Positions 20,045 through 28,745 of a stretch of 64,000 bases of DNA are shown here, one piece after another. The position numbers and the translations under genes are program-made. Below the pieces are notes generated by a model. It was not told where the DNA came from and searched no databases. It saw only the letters and a list, made by a program, of their open reading frames with translations. The stretch lies in sequence record NC_055733.1; one strand, written 5' to 3'. Position 1 is the stretch's first letter. Every line of letters starts with the position of its first letter.

Positions 20045-20213
20045 TCAGGTATGTAATGTAACGTTTCATAGAACGAGACAAGTGTTTTTGTTTCTTGTCT
20101 CTGTTGTCGTGCATTATACACGACTTGATCCAAAAGTAAAGTGCTAATAGACAAATAATCGGAAACATTATTGTCAGTATTATTCGGTCTATCATAGCTT
20201 CCATGCTATCCAA
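20025..20213 (-). CDS. small membrane protein
   Basis: Hydrophobic stretch IILTIMFPIICLLALYFWI. Confidence 0.55.
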   Translation of the reverse strand: MDSMEAMIDRIILTIMFPIICLLALYFWIKSCIMHDNRDKKQKHLSRSMKRYITYLIGVRND

Positions 20214-20368
20214 TGAGGATCAAAGTTGTTGATAATACGTGTCAATTGTTCTTCGCCAAATCTGGCTACCAACTGATTATACGTGACTTTGATCTCGTGG
20301 TCAATCCCTTTGTTTGATAGTACCCAGAATTCCACATCTGGGCACACGTCTTGTATGTTATCGAACAT
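20192..20368 (-). CDS. hypothetical protein, 45.2-like position (58 aa)
   Basis: ATG overlaps the gene 46 stop; SD GGAG. Confidence 0.55.
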   Translation of the reverse strand: MFDNIQDVCPDVEFWVLSNKGIDHEIKVTYNQLVARFGEEQLTRIINNFDPHWIAWKL

Positions 20369-22676
20369 TCTCCACCATCGTAGTAAAGCGACCTTGCTTA
20401 TGCATACGAATGTGGCGATTGAAACTGTCATCCATAGCGTCTTTACGATGCGAGATAACAATTATGTTGGACTTCATACTATCCAGCATTTTGTTGATTC
20501 CAACGATACCCATTTCATCACAGGATCCGTCGAACACTTCGTCCATGCATAGCAGGTTGATATTAACTCCACTAATCATACTGCTAACATCGCGCCATGT
20601 AAACAACAAACTGAGGTTGATTCTCGCTTTCTCACCTTCTGAGAAGGAAGCATAACAGAAATCTTCTCTACCACGAGATTTGATAGATTCGTTGAATCCT
20701 TCATCAAGCGCAAACACATAGTCGGCACCCAATGCTTTCAAATACTCGTTGATCTTCTTGTTAAACACAGGGATATATCGTTTAACAATGTGCGCTTTCA
20801 CGCCGTTGTCTTTCAACATATCGGCAACAATTGAACGATGATGAAGTTCAAGAACAATCTTAGCGATCTCGTCCTTCAACTCATTAGCTCGTTTAAGTGC
20901 TGCATCAACTTGAGAACGATCATACTCGGTAGCTTTCAAGTCGTCAATCTGTTTTTTCAAGTTTCTTGCGTTTTCTGCGGTAGTCTCATAGGACTCGGTA
21001 CCAGTAGCGATACTAGCTTTCAACGCTTCCACATTCGCTTTGTATTGTGCAACAGCCAGATTGTGTTTTGCAACACGTTCCGACTTCAAACGTTCAACTT
21101 CGTCTTCCAACTGAGACAGGCGATCTTCCAATTCGGCTTTGTTGTCTTTGAAACTGTCAATAGCCCAACGTTTTTCGTCTTCGAGTTTGCGCATATTGCG
21201 ATCATACTCGATTACCTGATTTGCGTGACTCAGGCGCATTTCCTCGATCTCTCGATCAATTCGACGGATCTCGGCTTCGTGCTGTTCGCTGATAGTACGA
21301 CACTGATAGGCATAATCTGCCGTCTGCTTTTCGTACTCACGGCGTTTACGCTCGTTTTCGTCAACAGTTGCCCGATATGCTTTGAGATCAATTTCGTATT
21401 GCTGTTCCTGTGCAGTCAGATCGGAAATAATCTGTTCTTGCTCAGAAATTTTAACATCAAAACTAGCGATTTCGTTATCGATTTCGGCAATGCGATCATG
21501 AGAATGCGTAGAGCAATCGGTGCCGCAAGTTGGACACTCACCACCTTTCTCAAAAAATTCTCGACGTCCAACGAGCTGGCGCTTATCCAGTTCGAATGCC
21601 ATCTTTAGCTGATTAGCTAGTTTCAGTTCTTCGCGAACGTTCACCACAGTCGGCTCAGACGCTTCCACGTACACCGGTTCCTCGGGAATAGGAACAGCGG
21701 CAGTCTTGTCAATCAGATCTTCTTGAGTTGGCTTAGAATCGCGCAACATCATTTCGTCATGATCCAATGCACATTCATGAGGCTGATCCAAACGCAGCAT
21801 AGCAATCTTGGATTGAATCTCGTCCAACTCTTCTTTGTGGGAAGATTGGAGTTCATCAATCTGAGAATTCAGATTAGCGCGTTTGTCTTCAACTTCTTGT
21901 GAATCGTCCTGCTCAATATACTCTGGCTCTACCAGAGATTCAAGCTCATTTTTATTTTTGGCAACACTTTCTTTAAACGCTTTCGCCTGATCTACCAACG
22001 AACGGAAGTTAGTGGTGAACATAGCGATCATGTTATCAGTCTGTTTTTGTTGCGCGGTAATCGACGCTTCGGCAGTTTGCTGTTCGCTTTCCGCGGAAGC
22101 TAGTTTTACGCGCAAAAGTTCAAGCTCGCCCTTCTTCTCTTTGATGATCCCTTTGTTGATCTTGTCCATGTCGCCTATAACGGAAACATCCAGAAGATCT
22201 TCAACGAGTTCGCGACGCTTACCAGCAGGCAGTTCCATGAACGGCTTATATCCAGCAGTGCCAAGAACGATGATCTGCTTGAAACTGTCGTAACTGATAC
22301 CAAGCAACTCGTTTTCAAAATACGATTGATATTCCGTCGCGCTTGCAACTTCTTTCAGCGGCTCGCCGTTCTTTGTGATTTTAAGAATGTTAGGCTTGAT
22401 ACCGCGCTCGATATGATAGCGATCTTTACCAACACTCAATTCACCTTCAACATGGAGACCCTTCTTGTTCTGAGAGTTCACCAGTTGCGCTTTTGTTACA
22501 TCACGAAACGCTTTGCCATAAAGCAGGAAAGTAAGTGCTTCGATAAAAGTAGACTTACCCGCGCCGTTAGTGCCAGTGACAAGCGTTTTCTTGTGTTCGT
22601 CAAGAGTGACGCGAATTGCCTTCGCGCCAACTGACATAATATTCTGGTATTTTACCCAGTGAAATGAAATATCCAT
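20358..22676 (-). CDS. 46: Rad50/SbcC-like recombination endonuclease subunit with extended coiled coil
   Basis: GTNGAGKST, CPTC zinc hook, FSEGE signature and CMDEVFD; 772 aa. Confidence 0.96.
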   Translation of the reverse strand: MDISFHWVKYQNIMSVGAKAIRVTLDEHKKTLVTGTNGAGKSTFIEALTFLLYGKAFRDVTKAQLVNSQNKKGLHVEGELSVGKDRYHIERGIKPNILKITKNGEPLKEVASATEYQSYFENELLGISYDSFKQIIVLGTAGYKPFMELPAGKRRELVEDLLDVSVIGDMDKINKGIIKEKKGELELLRVKLASAESEQQTAEASITAQQKQTDNMIAMFTTNFRSLVDQAKAFKESVAKNKNELESLVEPEYIEQDDSQEVEDKRANLNSQIDELQSSHKEELDEIQSKIAMLRLDQPHECALDHDEMMLRDSKPTQEDLIDKTAAVPIPEEPVYVEASEPTVVNVREELKLANQLKMAFELDKRQLVGRREFFEKGGECPTCGTDCSTHSHDRIAEIDNEIASFDVKISEQEQIISDLTAQEQQYEIDLKAYRATVDENERKRREYEKQTADYAYQCRTISEQHEAEIRRIDREIEEMRLSHANQVIEYDRNMRKLEDEKRWAIDSFKDNKAELEDRLSQLEDEVERLKSERVAKHNLAVAQYKANVEALKASIATGTESYETTAENARNLKKQIDDLKATEYDRSQVDAALKRANELKDEIAKIVLELHHRSIVADMLKDNGVKAHIVKRYIPVFNKKINEYLKALGADYVFALDEGFNESIKSRGREDFCYASFSEGEKARINLSLLFTWRDVSSMISGVNINLLCMDEVFDGSCDEMGIVGINKMLDSMKSNIIVISHRKDAMDDSFNRHIRMHKQGRFTTMVENVR

Positions 22677-23704
22677 TATGCTCCCTTACCGGAGTTTGCA
22701 ACTGCATAAAGCTCCTGAACATAGCCGCCAACGGACTTTTTATCGTCGTCGTCAATCGCTAGTCCAGTAACGTAGTCTTTCATTTGTTCGATAACTTTTT
22801 TCGTTTCGGTGATATCTTCAACATCGGAAGAGAAGCTATACACCTGTTTATGACGGAACTCATAGCACACGTTTTCGAATTGCGCCATGACAGCATCAAG
22901 TTTGTCATCGAACTCATAGATTACCAATTCTACGATCTTGTCCTTGCATTTGTCAATGACTTTCGGATCAAAATCTTTCTTGTAATCGATTCGCAGATGC
23001 CAGATATCGGGGTTAGCGACAAATTCCAGTTCTTTAGTATCAGTATCGAATACCCAGAATCCGCGAATCTCGTTGCAATCGCCCATAGTCAGGGTGTACG
23101 GTGTGCCGGTATACAATACATTGCCCTTACGGCTTGATGTGTGATAGTGGCCACTAATAACTTGCTTGTAGTTGCTCAGGAAGTCAATTGCTTCACCGGT
23201 AGACGGAATTCCCTTGTAGAACTCGAATCCGTCAAGCTCCCAGTGTCCAACGCAGTATTCGGAATCCGTCTCGGCGGCGTATTTCTCGATTGCTTCTTTG
23301 TTCTCAGAGCACTTCCACGGATACAGATCCCAAAGAGTATCACCAAACGCAACAGTGGTTGGCTTATCGATGATATGGATACCTGGTACATCATGAAACA
23401 TTTCGGTAACACTATTCGGCATGATCTTGTCTTTAAGATGCATATCGTGGTTGCCGATAATGATATACTCGTCTGTAAACGCATCCTGGTACATCGGACT
23501 AAGCACTTCGCGTTGGAACTTCATCGTCTCTTGCGAGAGACCAGCACGAACGTCAAACCAGTCGCCAGTTTGAATCAGCGTTTTGATATCGTGTTTCTTG
23601 GCGTAGTCGCACAGAAATTTGGAACCAAGATAGATAGCGTTTTGCATGTATGCGCTATCTTTTTGGGTTCCAACATGCTTATCGCCTTCAATGATAAGTT
23701 TCAT
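22676..23704 (-). CDS. 47: Mre11/SbcD-like recombination nuclease subunit
   Basis: GDKHVG, GDWFD, GNHD, GHW and SGHYH metallophosphoesterase motifs. Confidence 0.96.
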   Translation of the reverse strand: MKLIIEGDKHVGTQKDSAYMQNAIYLGSKFLCDYAKKHDIKTLIQTGDWFDVRAGLSQETMKFQREVLSPMYQDAFTDEYIIIGNHDMHLKDKIMPNSVTEMFHDVPGIHIIDKPTTVAFGDTLWDLYPWKCSENKEAIEKYAAETDSEYCVGHWELDGFEFYKGIPSTGEAIDFLSNYKQVISGHYHTSSRKGNVLYTGTPYTLTMGDCNEIRGFWVFDTDTKELEFVANPDIWHLRIDYKKDFDPKVIDKCKDKIVELVIYEFDDKLDAVMAQFENVCYEFRHKQVYSFSSDVEDITETKKVIEQMKDYVTGLAIDDDDKKSVGGYVQELYAVANSGKGA

Positions 23705-23731
23705 ATTATTTCCTCGTGAATAAGTATAGCT

Positions 23732-23760
23732 ATGATACATCAAGGTCAGCGAGTAGTCAA
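23732..23760 (-). promoter_or_regulatory. early promoter TTGACT-N17-TATCAT for gene 47
   Basis: Spacing and SD GAGG downstream. Confidence 0.65.
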
Positions 23761-23763
23761 CAT

Positions 23764-23881
23764 GTGCGCGGCACTTCGAGCGTAGCGAGACAAAACAAAA
23801 TCTCTTATAGATCTTTAATGAGAATCTATTTTGTCTTCCTTAAGGTAATCAATGAGTTAGCTTCGCGGTGGCTTGCCACTT
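23764..23881 (+). repeat. dispersed structured intergenic element, copy 1
   Basis: 23797-23866 is the exact reverse complement of 39880-39949; flanked by hairpins and GAGCGTAGCGA. Confidence 0.93.
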
Positions 23882-23890
23882 ACCATACGA

Positions 23891-23911
23891 AAAAGCCACC
23901 CGAAGGTGGCT
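23891..23911 (-). terminator. UUCG terminator after the P-loop gene (identical to 24533-24553)
   Basis: agccacc-ttcg-ggtggct-ttt. Confidence 0.85.
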
Positions 23912-24474
23912 CAAATGTCAAGCGTCTTAGCTTTGATGTATCCAGTTTGTTCGATGTACTGTTCCAACTCTTCTTTCGTCCACCGCTCTTTGTCAAGAGA
24001 AAGAACTTCCTTGATTTTTTCCTGATACTTCGTTCCCATAACGTCGTAATCTTTTCCGCATCGATTCTCATATCTCTGTCTTGCTAATGCTTCATCAATA
24101 GGAAACTCTACCAACACGAAATCGTATTTAAGTCGCTTATACTCAATAACAGGTTTATGGCCGTCCAAAATAACATACTCATATCCCATAGATTCGAGTT
24201 GTTCTAAAGAATATTGTAATGCACTATAAAATTGGACAGCAGGAGTTGTTTCGAAGCAATGATATGTATGATTTGAACTCCTACATTTCTTATTTCGATC
24301 ATATGCTCCTATTGCACAAATCTTATCGTTGAACTTGGTATAACTAACCGTTGCTCCTTTCGGAGAAGGACAATCTATTTTATTTCTTGCATCCGGATTG
24401 AATTTATCTACAAGCGAATACATATAGGTAGTTTTTCCTGCGCCAGGAATACCTAATAGCATTATTACTCTCAT
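23911..24474 (-). CDS. P-loop NTPase / nucleotide-kinase-like protein
   Basis: Walker A GIPGAGKT, hydrophobic VILDG and lid-like ARQRYENR; AT-rich. Confidence 0.75.
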   Translation of the reverse strand: MRVIMLLGIPGAGKTTYMYSLVDKFNPDARNKIDCPSPKGATVSYTKFNDKICAIGAYDRNKKCRSSNHTYHCFETTPAVQFYSALQYSLEQLESMGYEYVILDGHKPVIEYKRLKYDFVLVEFPIDEALARQRYENRCGKDYDVMGTKYQEKIKEVLSLDKERWTKEELEQYIEQTGYIKAKTLDI

Positions 24475-24502
24475 GATACCTCTTTTAGTTTTTCATAACC
24501 TA

Positions 24503-24532
24503 ATTATGGCACACTTTATTTGAATAGTAAAC
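24503..24532 (-). promoter_or_regulatory. early promoter TTTACT-N17-CATAAT
   Basis: Between the upstream terminator and the P-loop gene SD. Confidence 0.6.
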
Positions 24533-24553
24533 AAAAGCCACCCGAAGGTGGCT
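24533..24553 (-). terminator. UUCG terminator (identical to 23891-23911)
   Basis: aaaagccacccgaaggtggct on the plus strand. Confidence 0.85.
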
Positions 24554-24560
24554 ATATTTA

Positions 24561-24959
24561 TTAAAACATCTTCGCTATTTGTTGGATCGAGATATGGAAC
24601 ACCAGCTTCAATTTTTAACACATACGTGATATTTGTTGCTGTATCCAGAATTTCATCCTGCTTAATTGCTTCTTCAACGAGTTTATCACCGACAACAACG
24701 CGACGCTTGCCGTCATTCGTTGCTGGTTTAGCGAGAGCTCCTACCATATCGGCAGTATAGTCGCCAGCTTGCGGAAGAACGTTACCGTTTCTGTTATTGA
24801 ACGACGAAACGTTAGCAGGCTTAGTACCCTCTGCCAAAATACCAGCAACTCGTGGGTGTAAATTTTTGGATTTTAAACTGAGTGCCAACAGGAATACCAG
24901 TAGCAGCGTTCAGAGGAATCCATGCTTTACCAACAATCACGTTTGGGATTGTCTGCCAT
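24561..24959 (-). pseudogene. fibre/decoration-like gene broken by about 3 apparent +1 shifts (decay or assembly error)
   Basis: SD AGGAG and ATG at 24959. The pieces read MA|TIPNVIVGKAWIPLNAATGIPVGTQFKIQ|NLHPR...VSSFNNRNGNVLPQAGDYTADMVGA...YVLKIEAGVPYL; the last frame runs through the terminator. Confidence 0.55.
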
Positions 24960-24995
24960 TTTAAATCTCCTATGTTTTATGTTATTTAACAAAAC

Positions 24996-25020
24996 AAAAA
25001 GGGAGCCGAAGCTCCCTTTT
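24996..25020 (-). terminator. UUCG terminator after a-gt.4-like gene
   Basis: aaagggagc-ttcg-gctcccttttt. Confidence 0.8.
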
Positions 25021-25023
25021 TGT

Positions 25024-25419
25024 TTAGACAGAACACACTGGTGTCAGTGAAACTTTCTCAGTCTCGCTGGCAGCTTCTGGCTTGCTTTCTTTTACTTTCT
25101 GATATGCTTCCATTACTAGCTCGTCATAACGCTGTTTGGAACTCATCCAGAGCGATTCCAGAACGTCTCTAGCAATAGGCTTTTGCAAAGTCAGAACACG
25201 GAGTTTCTCGATTGCGTAGATATACCCGTCTTTGTTACATACATGCAGACATTCTTCCGCGTGTAGTCTCAGACGCTCAATCTCTTTCCGATTCTTGGCA
25301 AGATATTTCTTACTCTTCTTTTCTACCATAGATTTAATCGCGGCTTGTTCACGCTCTTTCGCTTCTTCGATTTCGCGTTGATCTTCGGCAATTACAGATT
25401 CAAGTTGTGTTTCAGTCAT
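25024..25419 (-). CDS. a-gt.4-like conserved protein
   Basis: KKYLAKNRKEIERL..HAEECL....GYIYAIEKLR resembles T4 a-gt.4; synteny downstream of 55. Confidence 0.75.
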   Translation of the reverse strand: MTETQLESVIAEDQREIEEAKEREQAAIKSMVEKKSKKYLAKNRKEIERLRLHAEECLHVCNKDGYIYAIEKLRVLTLQKPIARDVLESLWMSSKQRYDELVMEAYQKVKESKPEAASETEKVSLTPVCSV

Positions 25420-25646
25420 TTATTTTTCCATGTATAAGTGATAGTCAAACCATTATCCACAATAGATAATTCACCATGCTTTAATACCATACGGTTAGAA
25501 CGAATAGAAAGAGGATCAATAATCACCGGGATTCCAGATTCGAGCAATTTTAAATTTAGCATATAGGAAACTAGATCTAGTTCATAGTTTGACTCAATTA
25601 ATAAGTCGATGGGATTTATGGATAATGAGATATTATTCGCTATCAT
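25416..25646 (-). CDS. a-gt.5-like conserved protein
   Basis: YMLNLKLLESGIPVIIDPLS resembles T4 a-gt.5; synteny. Confidence 0.65.
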   Translation of the reverse strand: MIANNISLSINPIDLLIESNYELDLVSYMLNLKLLESGIPVIIDPLSIRSNRMVLKHGELSIVDNGLTITYTWKNK

Positions 25647-26154
25647 CTTCATCATCCTCAAGGAATGACAGTCCGCCGAGTTGCTTGGGTTTCTTGGGCT
25701 TAATTTTTCTATTAGCCTCAAACTCATTCGCTTTCGTCATCATGTCATTATAGAAGGCAACATCCACAAGTTTGGCCATGTCTTCGTCTTCGCCGTCATG
25801 AACATGTTCCAAGAAATATTTGTATTTAGCCGCTTCTTCCTGTTTCATGAATTTGATTCGATTGAAAAAGGCTCTGGCACAGATCATACTAATATATGCA
25901 TGTGGATTACTATAACGCTGGGTATCAAAATTCTTGCAATATCGCAAGCATACATCGATTGCCGCACCTACCATTGCTTCTTTCCATGTGTCGGTATAGC
26001 GATTAAATCGCCAATGATGCGTAAATCCTTCTGCGATCTTCATGATCGCTCCCCCGATAAATTCGGGCATTCTTTCATTTGGGTTTTCTTTTAACTTCTC
26101 TTTCCAAGCGACAAATGCCTGGTAAAGTTCCTCGTTATCAACATAATTTGCCAT
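25633..26154 (-). CDS. 55: late-transcription sigma factor gp55
   Basis: NYVDNEEL...WK, IGGAIMKIAEG, FNRYTDTWKEAM and NPHAYISMIC. Confidence 0.95.
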   Translation of the reverse strand: MANYVDNEELYQAFVAWKEKLKENPNERMPEFIGGAIMKIAEGFTHHWRFNRYTDTWKEAMVGAAIDVCLRYCKNFDTQRYSNPHAYISMICARAFFNRIKFMKQEEAAKYKYFLEHVHDGEDEDMAKLVDVAFYNDMMTKANEFEANRKIKPKKPKQLGGLSFLEDDEDDSE

Positions 26155-26216
26155 AAAGGTATACTTCCCTCGTTTGTTTACAAGAGAAGTATACTATGAA
26201 AAGTTGATATTATAAA

Positions 26217-27656
26217 CTAAGGACGAATTGTAGAAACCCAATCTCGGACCATTTTAACATGCTCCGGTTGTATAATGTCAAGCTTAAAATCCAATTTTCT
26301 GCACCAGCGATAGAACTTTCCTTGTTCTTCTTTTGACAACTCAAACATGGTGCCAAACGTGACTTTCTTCTTTCTTGGTGTAGTTTCTTTCTTACGCTCT
26401 TTGCGTTCTGGACCACTCACCATATGATCGGTATCAATCTTTGCCTCTGGTAGATATCTCGATTTCAGATATTCAGCGGCTCGCATATCTGGAACGATTA
26501 GCGTCACTTTCCATTTCGAATGCTGATTTCGAATATCGGTTCGCAAACAAAGCTGGAACACAGGCTCAAGATATTTCGATACCAGATAAGCGTCGATTAG
26601 TTTGTTTGTGTCCATATTATGGCAACTCGACAAGCATTTAAGCAACTCTATTTGCCATGGCATTGGGTTATAGCTGAATAACGCTACCGCAGTCGTATGG
26701 CTCATGTAACTATTAAGTCCATGTGGATTATAAGCTACTCTGTGCCCCACTTTCAGTGCCGCTCTATAGCTGTTCGTTGTATAGATGAACGGACTTATTC
26801 CAACCAAGTCGTAAACAACGTCCTTGACTTTGTTATAAACGCTTTCACCGTTGACGTCCTTATCTGCCGCATATCTAGACCATATGCCGTCATAAACGGG
26901 AATAATCTCAACTCGATTTGAGTTCGGATACTGAATGAAATCCAGCTTCTTCATTAGCGGACTTGTTTTAAACTTCCAGCCACAAAAGTCTTTGAGTACA
27001 ACTCCGGTAAACGTTTCTCTAAAGTTAGCACAAGCGATTGTGATCTTATCGAACTTGTTCCACTTTTGAGTTGTGCTATCATCGATGAAATATACCACAT
27101 TATCTTTGACGATAACGGGAATACCCTGCAACAACGAGCGAGCCAACGAGAAAACGGAGCTTGAAACAACATCATGACCATATAGACCGTCTGTTGCTAT
27201 CTTGTTTAGTTTTTCTCTATGATCTTCATCCAGCGTCATTCTACCGTCTTCGATCTTACAGTATTTTCCAATAAAGTCAAGGTTGTCCGTGAACTTTAAT
27301 TGATTCAACTGCACAAAATCAGGCACTTCGTCAATATACAATTCGTGACCACTCAGATCTTCATAATCTGGATATGTCAACAATGCGGCGTGAGTAATAA
27401 ACAACACTCGATAATTGCCAGCACTTTCTTTGATTACCTCAGCCACGCTTTTGCTTCTACTAACATGATCCGAGTCGATGATAATACTATCATTTTCTCC
27501 TCCCAAGTTGTTATAGAAGTCATAACTTTGTTGTGATAGTTGACAACTAATTGACGCAATCACACAAGGCTTTTTATTCTTTCTAACATGAGTCAGAATT
27601 GCTTTTGTCTTGCCAGCAGCAGGAACTGCCTGTAGAATCTCAACGTTTAATGCCAT
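26217..27656 (-). CDS. SF2-helicase-like / origin-binding-like protein (479 aa)
   Basis: Walker A AVPAAGKT, FITH, Walker B LYIDEVP, ACANF and FQLCLRTDIR; basic C-terminal tail. Confidence 0.72.
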   Translation of the reverse strand: MALNVEILQAVPAAGKTKAILTHVRKNKKPCVIASISCQLSQQSYDFYNNLGGENDSIIIDSDHVSRSKSVAEVIKESAGNYRVLFITHAALLTYPDYEDLSGHELYIDEVPDFVQLNQLKFTDNLDFIGKYCKIEDGRMTLDEDHREKLNKIATDGLYGHDVVSSSVFSLARSLLQGIPVIVKDNVVYFIDDSTTQKWNKFDKITIACANFRETFTGVVLKDFCGWKFKTSPLMKKLDFIQYPNSNRVEIIPVYDGIWSRYAADKDVNGESVYNKVKDVVYDLVGISPFIYTTNSYRAALKVGHRVAYNPHGLNSYMSHTTAVALFSYNPMPWQIELLKCLSSCHNMDTNKLIDAYLVSKYLEPVFQLCLRTDIRNQHSKWKVTLIVPDMRAAEYLKSRYLPEAKIDTDHMVSGPERKERKKETTPRKKKVTFGTMFELSKEEQGKFYRWCRKLDFKLDIIQPEHVKMVRDWVSTIRP

Positions 27657-27888
27657 TATCTACACCAAAAGCAATAGTATCGTACTCACGGAGAATAAAA
27701 GCAACCAGATGTTCGCGGAGAGCTTTCTTCATCCATGGAGTATCCTCTACGACTTTTGTAACTGCATCATGCATCCACTTTACTTGTTCGTCTAGCCAAG
27801 CTGGATCACAAGCGAATCCAGTTTTCTTGCGAGATTCAACGGCTTCAACGATTCTTGTATTGCAGATGTTTCCAAAAACGACGTTCAT
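27640..27888 (-). CDS. hypothetical protein (82 aa)
   Basis: SD GAGG; overlaps the start of the helicase-like gene. Confidence 0.65.
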   Translation of the reverse strand: MNVVFGNICNTRIVEAVESRKKTGFACDPAWLDEQVKWMHDAVTKVVEDTPWMKKALREHLVAFILREYDTIAFGVDNGIKR

Positions 27889-27963
27889 TTATTCACCTCT
27901 CGTTACTGTATAAGCACTATTCTTGCATAGAATAGGACTTTAGTCAACAAAAAAGGTTCTGAC

Positions 27964-28464
27964 TTACGCCAGAACCTTGTTCCAATACTTATAGTTCATC
28001 TTTCGTGCTGTCTTGTAGCATTCAGCGGGATGTAACGGTTGTTTGTGCAAACGTTTCGCGCTTTTGACTACTTTAGCCCAGCCGTCGGGACGAATGTAGA
28101 TCAGCCCTGCCCATTTAGGAACGTCATCTGGCGAAATGAGTCCTTCGGGTACTGCATACCAGAAATAGTTTGACATATCTCCGGCTTCCAACGCTTCTCG
28201 TTTCGTCTTGCGAGTCATCTTATGCGTTCGATACAGTGTGGGTTTCTCTAATTTTTCAAATATGCGAACAGACTTCTTGGCATCGGCTTTGAAATCTGCT
28301 TTACTTACCTTGATCTCTATTTCATCACACAAGCCACTCGGACGCAAGCAAAATAAATCTGCTTCGTTGTCATATAGCGTGTAACAATTTGGGACAATCA
28401 GATCATATCGTTTCTGAAATTCAGGTGTTCGTCCTATTGCTTTTTGTACGTCCGATTCAGTCAT
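27964..28464 (-). CDS. PD-(D/E)XK nuclease, MmcB-like
   Basis: EADL...DEIEIKVSKADF...NYFWYAVPEGL...WAGLI. Confidence 0.75.
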   Translation of the reverse strand: MTESDVQKAIGRTPEFQKRYDLIVPNCYTLYDNEADLFCLRPSGLCDEIEIKVSKADFKADAKKSVRIFEKLEKPTLYRTHKMTRKTKREALEAGDMSNYFWYAVPEGLISPDDVPKWAGLIYIRPDGWAKVVKSAKRLHKQPLHPAECYKTARKMNYKYWNKVLA

Positions 28465-28745
28465 ACCTGCTCCCCGTATTTTTGCTTGAAAGTCTCAAAA
28501 CTTCCTATCCACTTATCGTCAACGAATATCTGTGGATATTGCCGAGGAGAGGTATCTTTGCCTGCTCTAATTCGACATTCTTCAATAGCGGGTCTGTTAT
28601 ATGCAAACCCTATTTGATTTGAATCTCGAACTATAACCGGAATGAATGTATAATCGAGCCCATATGAGCGACAGAAATCAACGGCAGCAATACACCCAGG
28701 ACATTTGAATAAGTCTTCTGGTATGCCGTAGATTTCTATTTTCAT
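28461..28745 (-). CDS. nrdH: glutaredoxin
   Basis: MKIEIYG...CPGC and YPQIFVD, as in T4 NrdH. Confidence 0.85.
   Translation of the reverse strand: MKIEIYGIPEDLFKCPGCIAAVDFCRSYGLDYTFIPVIVRDSNQIGFAYNRPAIEECRIRAGKDTSPRQYPQIFVDDKWIGSFETFKQKYGEQV

Noticed and set aside
23716-24087. ORFs 23716-24087 (+) and 39602-39928 (-) sharing MRIYFVFLKVINELAS
   Set aside because: The shared peptide simply reflects the DNA repeat. Neither has an SD, one is antisense and runs into another gene, and the other has a better downstream start at 39775.
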